Position numbers and translations under genes: made by a program
Origin: a virus
IMG/VR virus record: IMGVR_UViG_3300022555_002641
Location: 32,001 to 96,000 of that record
Length of the DNA: 64,000 bases
Reading direction: 5' to 3' (one strand)
The notes under the pieces: generated by a model
What the model saw: the letters and a program-made list of their open reading frames with translations, nothing else
Told to the model about the DNA's origin: nothing
Databases searched by the model: none
Part shown: piece after piece, positions 21,187 through 29,671 of the stretch
Position numbering within the stretch: the stretch's first letter is position 1
Layout: every line of letters begins with the position of its first letter

Positions 21187-22500
21187 TTAAAGAATTGTCA
21201 AAATTCATCCACGATGTCTTTAGCATCGTGGATGAATTTTGACGAACAGGTTTGAAAATATATTTTTGAAAAAAATGACTTTTTAGATTTAATATATATT
21301 TATGAAAAAGGAAAAGTTTTCATAAGTTATGTTAAAATCGTTTAAATATAGAATCTACCCAACACAGGAACAAAAAGATTTGATGCAAAAAATCTTTGGT
21401 CAGGTTAGATTCGTGTATAATCTTGGATTGGAAACCAAAATAACTGCTTATAATGGTAATAAGAAAAATATAACCAGTATAGACCTTTCAAACCAAATTA
21501 AAGAACTTAAAGATACTGAATGTCCTTGGTTAAAAGAATCACCGTCACAGGCATTACAAATGTCTGTACGAAATCTGGATAACGCTTATACAAACTTTTT
21601 CAGGGGATTTGGTTTTCCAAAATTCAAGAACAAACATTCAAAACAATCATTTCAGTTGCCACAAGGAGTTTGGTTATCAGATGACAATAAACAAATTTAC
21701 TTACCTAAACTTAATTTGGTTGGTATAGATTTACATAGAATATTTAAAGGCGATATAAAAACCGTAACAGTATCAAAGACAATAACAAATAAATATTATG
21801 TTTCAATTCTGGTTGAAAATCATCAAATTAAACCAGAAAAGAAACTAATAAAATTAGAAAGTAGTGTTGGTATAGACCTTGGTATCAAGGATTTTGTGAT
21901 TACATCAGATGGAAAGAAATTCGAGAACAAAGATTTCTTTAAATCTGTGATGCGAGAACTTCGTGTTGAACAAAGGTCACTATCAAGGAAAAAGAAAGGT
22001 AGTAATCATTATTTGAAACAAAAAATGGTTGTTGCCTTACTTCACGAGCATATCAGAAATCAAAGACAGGATTATCTACATAAAATATCTAAGTATCTTG
22101 TTGATAACTATGATACTATTTGTATGGAAAATCTCAATGTGTCTGGGATGGTTAAGAATCATAATTTAGCCAGAGCTATATCAGATATGGGTTGGAATGA
22201 GTTCAAGTCTATGATTGAATATAAGTGTGATTGGTATGGAAAAAATTTAAGTGTGATTGGTAGATTTGATCCATCCAGTAAAACTTGTAATGTTTGTGGA
22301 ACAATCAATAAAGACTTGAAACTATCAGACCGTGAATGGACTTGTAAGAAATGTGATTCAACACACGATAGAGATACCAATGCTGCGTTAAATATAAGAA
22401 ATTTTGGGTTGAGGAACCATCCCAGCGTCACTCAAAGTGAATGGTTACATTGTGCTTGTGGCGTAGAAACTACGACATCTTTAGTGTCGTAGTAGTTCAT
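21187..22500 (+). mobile_element. non-autonomous IS200/IS605-family (IS1341-like, TnpB-only) element
   Basis: Left-end 20-bp perfect hairpin at 21197-21243 and right-end hairpin CTACGACA-TCTTTAG-TGTCGTAG share the loop TCTTTAG. Ends ...GTTCAT; preceded by TTTAT (putative TAM). No tnpA. Confidence 0.8.
21329..22492 (+). CDS. tnpB: RNA-guided endonuclease TnpB
   Basis: KYRIYPT HTH, RuvC I GIDLG, RuvC II ENLNV, Zn ribbon CxxC...CxxC, RuvC III DRDTNAA. Confidence 0.95.
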   Translation: MLKSFKYRIYPTQEQKDLMQKIFGQVRFVYNLGLETKITAYNGNKKNITSIDLSNQIKELKDTECPWLKESPSQALQMSVRNLDNAYTNFFRGFGFPKFKNKHSKQSFQLPQGVWLSDDNKQIYLPKLNLVGIDLHRIFKGDIKTVTVSKTITNKYYVSILVENHQIKPEKKLIKLESSVGIDLGIKDFVITSDGKKFENKDFFKSVMRELRVEQRSLSRKKKGSNHYLKQKMVVALLHEHIRNQRQDYLHKISKYLVDNYDTICMENLNVSGMVKNHNLARAISDMGWNEFKSMIEYKCDWYGKNLSVIGRFDPSSKTCNVCGTINKDLKLSDREWTCKKCDSTHDRDTNAALNIRNFGLRNHPSVTQSEWLHCACGVETTTSLVS

Positions 22501-23048
22501 TTAGCACAAATTTTGTCGGCACTATTTGTCGCCCCAAAACTGTATGGCTTTGAGATAACTTTGAATCCCATTGCGCATAACCAACCCATTACTTCAGTGT
22601 AAACTGAATTAGATTTATTGTTGGTCATTTTTCTACCATTCTTTGTTGACTTTTTTGGGTTTACGTCAACGTGAACTTCAACCAATCTTGTTGGAATAGA
22701 GTCATCGTAATAATTCTTATCGAACTTGTAGAAGTATTCTCCCCTGATTTCATTGTCGATGGAGTCAGCTACGGTATAAATATATTCTACTTCCTTACGA
22801 ATCTTCGTGGCAACATCCTTAATTTTAGGTACCCTGAACCTTGCGAAAACTACGTGAGCACCATGTCTTTTTTGTTCATTATAAAAGACAACTGTTACAG
22901 CATATGTAGTTTTTCTACCATGATTACTTGAGTCGGCACCAACAATTATTTTACATTGTCTGTCAATTGTTCTAATATAATTTAAAACATAAGATTCAAT
23001 ACTTTCGATTGATTCGCCTTTGAAATTCTTCCAGAATAATTTTTCCAT
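22497..23048 (-). CDS. ribonuclease H-like protein (YkuK/DUF458 family)
   Basis: IIVGADS, EVHVDVN, KPYSFGATNSAD. Confidence 0.75.
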   Translation of the reverse strand: MEKLFWKNFKGESIESIESYVLNYIRTIDRQCKIIVGADSSNHGRKTTYAVTVVFYNEQKRHGAHVVFARFRVPKIKDVATKIRKEVEYIYTVADSIDNEIRGEYFYKFDKNYYDDSIPTRLVEVHVDVNPKKSTKNGRKMTNNKSNSVYTEVMGWLCAMGFKVISKPYSFGATNSADKICAK

Positions 23049-23070
23049 AGTGTTTATTTGTTTTTGTTAT

Positions 23071-23109
23071 AAAAAAAAAGCCATCCTTTGTGTGGGATGG
23101 CTCTTTTTT
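23071..23109 (-). terminator. intrinsic terminator/attenuator just upstream of the RNase H-like gene
   Basis: Minus strand AGCCATCC-CACACAAA-GGATGGCT followed by a U-run. Confidence 0.75.
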
Positions 23110-23132
23110 ACTAAAAAGTTTACATTATACCA

Positions 23133-23216
23133 TCACCGATGTTTATATAGATCACTTGTGAACTGGATTGCCCAGCCACAATTTCCTGATTCATGTGAAT
23201 ATGGTTTCGTTTTCAT
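23133..23216 (-). CDS. candidate 27-aa leader peptide
   Basis: MKTKPYSHESGNCGWAIQFTSDLYKHR-TGA, between a TATATA box (about 23222) and the terminator. Confidence 0.4.
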   Translation of the reverse strand: MKTKPYSHESGNCGWAIQFTSDLYKHR

Positions 23217-23310
23217 GGTACTATATATTAATATTTTTTGTTCAAGTTTTATTTATTTTCTAATTCAAGTTTGCAAAAGTAAACATTTATATATAAATAA
23301 AAAAATTATT

Positions 23311-23589
23311 GTGAAGAAATTTTCATTTTTGATATTATTTTTTCTTTTTGCTGGCTGTGATAGACTTGCGGATTATAACGGTAATAGTCACATTAATGGT
23401 AAAGTTCCGCCAGTCACAATCATTGCAATGGATACAATTTCTAAATCTGTATTATTTCGTGATGGTGATAATAAAGTTTTCACAATAACCGATAATTCAA
23501 CCACCAGAGCAATTTGTAAATCTTTACATGTTGGTGATACTATAAGATTAGATTACCAAGTAACTTCGGTTAGCGGGAATATTAAATAA
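23311..23589 (+). CDS. putative lipoprotein
   Basis: GTG start, MKKFSFLILFFLFAGC lipobox. Confidence 0.65.
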   Translation: MKKFSFLILFFLFAGCDRLADYNGNSHINGKVPPVTIIAMDTISKSVLFRDGDNKVFTITDNSTTRAICKSLHVGDTIRLDYQVTSVSGNIK

Positions 23590-23614
23590 TCATAAAATTT
23601 TATTAACTTTGCAT

Positions 23615-24412
23615 ATGGACTTATATTTCATGGGGGATTCCCACGGTAAATGGAAATCATTTGAAGATATTATCACAAGACAAAATGTTACAGATGCTGT
23701 AATATATCATCTTGGTGATGGTGCATTTGGATTTAATAAACGTATGGAAGATATTTATATTCTTACCAAATTAAATGATTTTTGTGTAAATCATAATATA
23801 ATATTGTATAATATTCATGGTAACCATGATGACCCATATTTTTTCAAAGATGAAAAAGATTTGGTTAATCGATTAAAATCTGACGATGCTCATGTTGGGG
23901 ATTGGACAAAAAATGATATTATATACCAGAAAACATATTCTAATCCTGAAGAGTTCGCCAGCATAATAAAAAATCTTTCTAATATAAAATTTGTGAAAGA
24001 TTACGAAATTACAAATGTTAATGGGTTAAATATTCTTGGAATTGGAGGGGCTATTAGCATTGATCGCATATCCAAACGAAAAAAATTACTCTACTTTCCA
24101 GAAGAAGAAGTTACTTATAATGTTAAAGTTAAAAAACTAAAAAATATTGATATTGTTGCGTCCCATAGTTCTCCAATATTCTGTGAGCCATTTGAAATTT
24201 CAGATATTGTTCACGATTGGGCGTATTATGATCGCACATTATTAGCTGAAATTGACAAAGAACGAAAATTACTTGCCAAAATATATGATGAATTATCAGT
24301 AAATAATAAAATTGCTTACTATTTCTATGGTCATTTCCATCAAAATTATAAAACTGTTAAAAATGATACAACTTTTATTTGTCTGCCGCCTATAATATTG
24401 ATAAAAATTTAA
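23615..24412 (+). CDS. calcineurin-like metallophosphoesterase
   Basis: GDSHG, HLGD, GNHD, GGAISID, FYGHFH. Confidence 0.9.
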   Translation: MDLYFMGDSHGKWKSFEDIITRQNVTDAVIYHLGDGAFGFNKRMEDIYILTKLNDFCVNHNIILYNIHGNHDDPYFFKDEKDLVNRLKSDDAHVGDWTKNDIIYQKTYSNPEEFASIIKNLSNIKFVKDYEITNVNGLNILGIGGAISIDRISKRKKLLYFPEEEVTYNVKVKKLKNIDIVASHSSPIFCEPFEISDIVHDWAYYDRTLLAEIDKERKLLAKIYDELSVNNKIAYYFYGHFHQNYKTVKNDTTFICLPPIILIKI

Positions 24413-24416
24413 GATT

Positions 24417-24815
24417 ATGAATAAAGATGATGTTGAAGAATTGTTTAAAGAATCATTAGCAGAACTTGATGTGTACGCAAATGAAGTACGAAAAGTCAAG
24501 CAAGTTATAAGGATGGTTATTGAAAATATAGATTTAGTAAAAGATGATGTTACAGACGAACAAATTGCAAGCATGTCATCTGATGTTAAATTAAAAGTAA
24601 ATAGAGCTATTGCAATTGTAAAAGATATTTTGGCGGATTCCAAAGAGCTTGAATCTTTTATTAATGAAATAAAATTACTGAAAAGAAAAAGGCTCCGAAG
24701 GATTAGACAGGATGTATCTAAGGCTGAGGAAGCATCAATAAATAAATTGCTAATGCAAACCAAATTAAATAGAATGAAATCTATGTTTTCGAATACCAAC
24801 AAAAAACAAGTTTAA
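24417..24815 (+). CDS. coiled-coil hypothetical protein
   Basis: Helical, charged ORF. Confidence 0.7.
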   Translation: MNKDDVEELFKESLAELDVYANEVRKVKQVIRMVIENIDLVKDDVTDEQIASMSSDVKLKVNRAIAIVKDILADSKELESFINEIKLLKRKRLRRIRQDVSKAEEASINKLLMQTKLNRMKSMFSNTNKKQV

Positions 24816-24867
24816 TTTTTTTTTATTCGAATTCTTTTACTATATTTGCCATCTAAAATTTTTGGCA

Positions 24868-25272
24868 ATGAAAATATCAGATATTTTAAAATCAAAGGGA
24901 ATATTCTCAAAAGATATTAAACAGCGATTCCAGCAAAATCAAATAAAGATTAATGGCGTTGTTGTCGATGATATTGATATTTTTGTTCATCAGATTTTTG
25001 ATGGTCCTGATTGGTTTTTCACACATTTCTTTTCAAAATTATCTCTAAAGAAAAGAAAAATGTTTGACATTCTTGTTATCATAAATGGTAATTTTGAAGA
25101 GTTCTTTGATGGCGGATTTACTTTAAACGGTATTGAATTTGATCAATTAATTCCAGAACTTGAAATTTTCAAATCTAATATCTTCCTGAGAGTTTCAAAA
25201 AAAGAATTTTTCATAATAGAATTAAAAATAATTGTTGAAATTAATTCAGAAGATACTACAACGTGGGATTAA
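24868..25272 (+). CDS. hypothetical protein (N-terminus S4-like, weak)
   Basis: SKDIKQRFQQNQIKING; TATATTTG box upstream. Confidence 0.6.
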   Translation: MKISDILKSKGIFSKDIKQRFQQNQIKINGVVVDDIDIFVHQIFDGPDWFFTHFFSKLSLKKRKMFDILVIINGNFEEFFDGGFTLNGIEFDQLIPELEIFKSNIFLRVSKKEFFIIELKIIVEINSEDTTTWD

Positions 25273-25606
25273 CAACCTCAACAGTAATATTCTTCCCAGT
25301 TTCGTTTAATATTTGCGCTTCTATTCTGTGCTTTATTAAATTTGCTTCTACTTTCCTAAATCCCCTACCAACCCTTTGCCAATCGACATAAACTTTAATT
25401 GAATCTATTTCATCTTCATTTTGTTCTCGTATCTTTTTGAAAAGAGCTTCATCATTATCATAGTGCAATGGTGGGTTGGCATATCCACCCCCACCACCTC
25501 TTCTTTTAAAAATTATCACATAATTTACAAGAAGCATCCCTTTAGTAATATTTGAGATGTTTAATAAACCTTTAGTGACTAAATTAACAGCTATATGATT
25601 TGGCAT
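25256..25606 (-). CDS. hypothetical protein (late block)
   Basis: ORF in minus-strand structural operon. Confidence 0.65.
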   Translation of the reverse strand: MPNHIAVNLVTKGLLNISNITKGMLLVNYVIIFKRRGGGGGYANPPLHYDNDEALFKKIREQNEDEIDSIKVYVDWQRVGRGFRKVEANLIKHRIEAQILNETGKNITVEVVNPTL

Positions 25607-25610
25607 ATGT

Positions 25611-26219
25611 TTATAATTTTACAACTTTATAATCAATTAAAAGCCCAACATTGTCATATACAGCATTCATATTGTATGTGGCAAATTCATTAATATCGAA
25701 ATCGCAATCATCTTTAGTTTTAAATAGCTTAATAATAACAGATGTCAATCTATTTGATGAATCATATACATGATCACTTAAACGATAATTCTGCTGGGAT
25801 AATCCAAGGATATGTTTTATATCTAAACTAATTTCTTGTATACTTTCAGTTAATCCTGTAAGTACTGAATTAATAGGATCAATATTAGGGATATCGGTAT
25901 TTTTGGAAAGAATTGTTGATCCATTATTTATGAACGGTGTAGTGTAATCATCCGAATATAAATTATCATTAAATGTTACTGTAAGATTTTCTACTTTGAC
26001 AAGCCAATTATTTATAAGAAAATAATAACTTGGAGCATTTTGATTAACTGTTGTTGGATCACCGCCAAATGCCCTGAAAGCTGCCAGCCACTGTGAATTA
26101 TTATCCTGTAATACCCAATTCTTCCATTCCAAATAAAGATCAACTCGAACATCAATATCTGTTACGCCAGTGTTGATTATAATCAATCTATTTTGTCCAT
26201 CAAATTGAACTTTTGACAT
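25611..26219 (-). CDS. putative virion structural protein
   Basis: MSKVQFDGQNRLIIIN...DLYLEWKNW...GGDP, downstream of tail-fibre genes. Confidence 0.6.
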   Translation of the reverse strand: MSKVQFDGQNRLIIINTGVTDIDVRVDLYLEWKNWVLQDNNSQWLAAFRAFGGDPTTVNQNAPSYYFLINNWLVKVENLTVTFNDNLYSDDYTTPFINNGSTILSKNTDIPNIDPINSVLTGLTESIQEISLDIKHILGLSQQNYRLSDHVYDSSNRLTSVIIKLFKTKDDCDFDINEFATYNMNAVYDNVGLLIDYKVVKL

Positions 26220-26235
26220 TGTTTTATTTTTATTT

Positions 26236-26445
26236 TTATATAAACCCAAAATCAGTAATTAGCACATTTGGTATTTCATTTAATGTATTTTCATCAAACA
26301 AAATATCATTTGTTGATCCATTTGTGCCAATTACCTCACTTGTTAATGGATTGTCGAATAATATATCATTTGTAGCACCACTAACTCCTATTATTTCCAT
26401 CTCAAAATAATCAGATTCTGAGAATATTATATCTACTATTGCCAT
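26236..26445 (-). CDS. small acidic protein with internal repeat (G-x-T-N-D-I-L-F-D twice)
   Basis: GATNDILFD and GSTNDILFD. Confidence 0.6.
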   Translation of the reverse strand: MAIVDIIFSESDYFEMEIIGVSGATNDILFDNPLTSEVIGTNGSTNDILFDENTLNEIPNVLITDFGFI

Positions 26446-26467
26446 TTTATTTTAATTGATATATTTT

Positions 26468-29400
26468 TTATAATAATGTTAATACCGCTTTTATTCTTAT
26501 ATTATTTGCTGTTGAGGCTGGAGTATATCTTAAATAAGTAGTTTCATTTCCTTTATCATTATTTACCCAGTTAGACCAATTAGTACCATCATTAGTTGAT
26601 ATTTCAAAACTACCAAGAGCTGGATTTGTTAATGTGTTATCATCACACTGCATAACACCTGAAATAGCATCATACAATCTAACTCTTAAATTAGGAATAG
26701 TACCACCAGAAAGATTAAATGGTGTAGCAAATCTCCACGCAAATCGTTTATCCACAATTGATGATTTGCCAACTGATGGCTGATAATGACTATCAGATGT
26801 TATACCATCTTCCCATGTTAAACCAAGTGATGTAATTTCTGGTGAAACACAAGTCCAATTAAGTATATCAAAAACTATCTTAAACTGAATTGAAGTGGCG
26901 GCTGTTACATCATATAATGTAGCTTCATCGTTAATTTTAACCCATACTCCAGAATTGTCAGAAATACCATTTGTTCTATAATAAACATCATATCTTTCTT
27001 TTGCATAACTTCCACTACCACCTCTCTTTTCGGATACATATACTCTATAAAAAGCAGTAGCATTCGTTGTAATTATTTCTTTTGTTATAACATATGCACC
27101 ATGTGCACCAACTTCTATTAATAATAATTGTTGAGCGGCAGCGGCAGCGGCAGTCAACCCTTGCCTTGTAACTATTAAAGTTCTATCAGCATAACCGACC
27201 CTTGCAGTAAGCATAGTTGCAGCTACAATAGGTAAAGGACCTGCTGCAATTGGATTCGTTTCAAAATTTACTGTTCCCCAAAATCTTTCCAATGGTTGAC
27301 CTGGATTATAAATTGCTCTATAATCTCTAAATGATCCATTAGTCACAATTATGAAATAATCATTAATTGGATCATATGCAAGTCCACCCCAGTTATTTAC
27401 AGCTTGCTGAATCGTTGCACCTAATGGTGGTATATCAGTTATATAATCATCTTCACCAATTAATGTAGCGATAACCCTTCCATTTGTATCAGCAATATCT
27501 GACTCATTAGGCCCAATATTTACATATTGGATTGTTGTTGCATTGGCATATGTTATAACGACTTGAATACCTGGTTCTTTTCCAAACCCGCCATTATTAT
27601 AAGTTACACCACTAATACCAGTAAATCCATAAATAATAACTCTTTGGTTAACGGTAAAACTATGTGAAGCAAATGTTATTGTTGCGGTATTATTAAGTCT
27701 TGATCTTCTTGTTGTTGGGGTAGCATTTGTAAATCTACTTATAACAACTCGTCCAACCCTTGCAGCAGCAGTACCACGAGTAAAGAATAATGCAGTTACT
27801 CCTGAGATACCAACAGGATGATTAGAACCTGGAGTCGCTATTGTAATCTGTGATACAGTGGCGGATGGTAAGTTTGTAGCATATTCTGATGTCATAATTG
27901 CTGAACTATATCTTGATGTATCTGGAATGGTTATAATTCCATTTTGTGAGAGTGGAAGGGTACTTAAATCTAATAAATTTAAGGCTGGTGCAGCAACGGT
28001 ATTAGTGGTTTGTATTACATATATTTTAAGATTACCGTTATTTACCCCAGTATTAGTTGGATCAGCAACAGTAATATTAGAAATAGTAGATAATACATTA
28101 TTTGTTGAGCCAACTTTAGCTGGATACATATTAGGTGCGGGACTACATCCAACAGCCTGTCCTATTGTTTGGGGTAAGTTAGTTAAAACACCATTCCAAG
28201 TTATACAATCGTGTGAATACGCAGCGGTAAATGACCCAGCACCCTTAGTACCTACCGCTGTAAATAACGTACCATTAAAACAGATTCCATTACCACCAGA
28301 AATTGCTGGAAACATAGTAACACCAGCACCAGTCCAGTTAATACCATCAGTAGACCAAGCTATTGTATGTGATGCCCCAATACCAACAGCACACCATCTT
28401 GGTGTTATTGTCGTACCTGGTGTAACTATATTACCCACTTGTGCACCCCAACATACAGCATTTCCTTGAGTAAATGGTGGTGATGCACAGGCAGTCCAAG
28501 TTGTACCATTAGAAGAATAAGCCATTGTCATACCACCAATTCCCATAGCAACATATTGAGTACCATTATAGGCTATACCGTAACCCGCTGTAGAAAATGG
28601 TGAGTGTAATGCTCCACCGTCAGCCGCTTGACCATAACCAGTCCAAGTTATACCATCAGGTGATGATGCTAATGTATTTGTACCTTGACCAACTGCCCAG
28701 AAATTTGTACCATCCCAGCAAACCCCGTAAGCTCCAGTAGTGAACACCCCAGTGGCTGTAATACCTTGTGCGGGAATAACCCAGTTTGTTCCATCATTAC
28801 TATAAATAATAGAATTTGTACCAACCCCAACAGCTACCCATCTACCACCAACTCCAGCAATTTCACCATAACAAATACCTCTACATCTCGTACCAAAGTT
28901 ACCAACACCTGACGCAATACCAGTCCAAGCCATACCATCCCAAGACCAAGCCAGTGAGTTTGTCCCTTCACCACCAGCCACCCATAAGCCGCCACCATAA
29001 GCCACAGCCCAACCAGATGTTGCAAAAATAGTTGTTAATGCGGTATAAGTTGCAGCACCAGCCTGTGTTGCTAAAGTAGCACCCGCTTGTGTTGAATATG
29101 AAATAAAGTTAGTACCAGCACCAACAACCACAGTTCTATCAACAACTCCTGATCTAATTAAATAACACATTCTTGGTGCAATTGTATTAATACCAGAGGG
29201 TAAAGTCACACCAGCCCAATCATTTGCCGTAAGTCCATAAACCCAAGCAAGCCCACCCTGTAAAGGTGTTGCTGCTGTAAAAGCTATAATTACTTCTGTA
29301 GAACCCGAATTAACCCAAACATCTCTACACGTATTTACTTCTGATGTTTTAGATAAAGTCATAACAATATAACCCGCCCAAGCCAATGTTTTTTTATTCC

Positions 29401-29653
29401 ATCTGTTTACTCTAACTGACGTACCAGACCCCATAGTAGAAACAGTATAAATATAATTTGAATCGGCATACACAGAGTTTGCTAATAATGCACCATTACC
29501 TTGCTCAAGATATGGTATTGCTCTTGGTAAAGGCACTCTAATTACACCATTAACAACTTCTAAACCACCAAAAATGCTATTTTTAGTCGAATCATATGTA
29601 TTTCCTGTTGTGTATGTTTCAGTAAATTCTATTGTACTCCATTGTTTTGCCAT
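26468..29653 (-). CDS. putative tail fibre / receptor-binding protein with Asp-box (BNR) beta-propeller repeats
   Basis: 1061 aa, G/T/A-rich; repeated S-x-D-G-x-x-W (SWDGMAW, SNDGTNW, SPDGITW, SSNGTTW, STDGINW, SHDCITW). Confidence 0.7.
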   Translation of the reverse strand: MAKQWSTIEFTETYTTGNTYDSTKNSIFGGLEVVNGVIRVPLPRAIPYLEQGNGALLANSVYADSNYIYTVSTMGSGTSVRVNRWNKKTLAWAGYIVMTLSKTSEVNTCRDVWVNSGSTEVIIAFTAATPLQGGLAWVYGLTANDWAGVTLPSGINTIAPRMCYLIRSGVVDRTVVVGAGTNFISYSTQAGATLATQAGAATYTALTTIFATSGWAVAYGGGLWVAGGEGTNSLAWSWDGMAWTGIASGVGNFGTRCRGICYGEIAGVGGRWVAVGVGTNSIIYSNDGTNWVIPAQGITATGVFTTGAYGVCWDGTNFWAVGQGTNTLASSPDGITWTGYGQAADGGALHSPFSTAGYGIAYNGTQYVAMGIGGMTMAYSSNGTTWTACASPPFTQGNAVCWGAQVGNIVTPGTTITPRWCAVGIGASHTIAWSTDGINWTGAGVTMFPAISGGNGICFNGTLFTAVGTKGAGSFTAAYSHDCITWNGVLTNLPQTIGQAVGCSPAPNMYPAKVGSTNNVLSTISNITVADPTNTGVNNGNLKIYVIQTTNTVAAPALNLLDLSTLPLSQNGIITIPDTSRYSSAIMTSEYATNLPSATVSQITIATPGSNHPVGISGVTALFFTRGTAAARVGRVVISRFTNATPTTRRSRLNNTATITFASHSFTVNQRVIIYGFTGISGVTYNNGGFGKEPGIQVVITYANATTIQYVNIGPNESDIADTNGRVIATLIGEDDYITDIPPLGATIQQAVNNWGGLAYDPINDYFIIVTNGSFRDYRAIYNPGQPLERFWGTVNFETNPIAAGPLPIVAATMLTARVGYADRTLIVTRQGLTAAAAAAQQLLLIEVGAHGAYVITKEIITTNATAFYRVYVSEKRGGSGSYAKERYDVYYRTNGISDNSGVWVKINDEATLYDVTAATSIQFKIVFDILNWTCVSPEITSLGLTWEDGITSDSHYQPSVGKSSIVDKRFAWRFATPFNLSGGTIPNLRVRLYDAISGVMQCDDNTLTNPALGSFEISTNDGTNWSNWVNNDKGNETTYLRYTPASTANNIRIKAVLTLL

Positions 29654-29671
29654 AATATTATTATTTATTTT

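Noticed and set aside
21329-22492. Cas12f or other CRISPR effector
   Set aside because: Flanked by IS ends with no array; the same applies to 49568-50785.
23020-23310. N-terminal extension of ORF 23020-23589
   Set aside because: It crosses a terminator and promoter boxes; the lipoprotein signal starts at GTG 23311.
24417-24815. RxxKL tail in ORF 24417-24815
   Set aside because: Only partial matches (KRKRLRRI, QTKLNRM); not counted.
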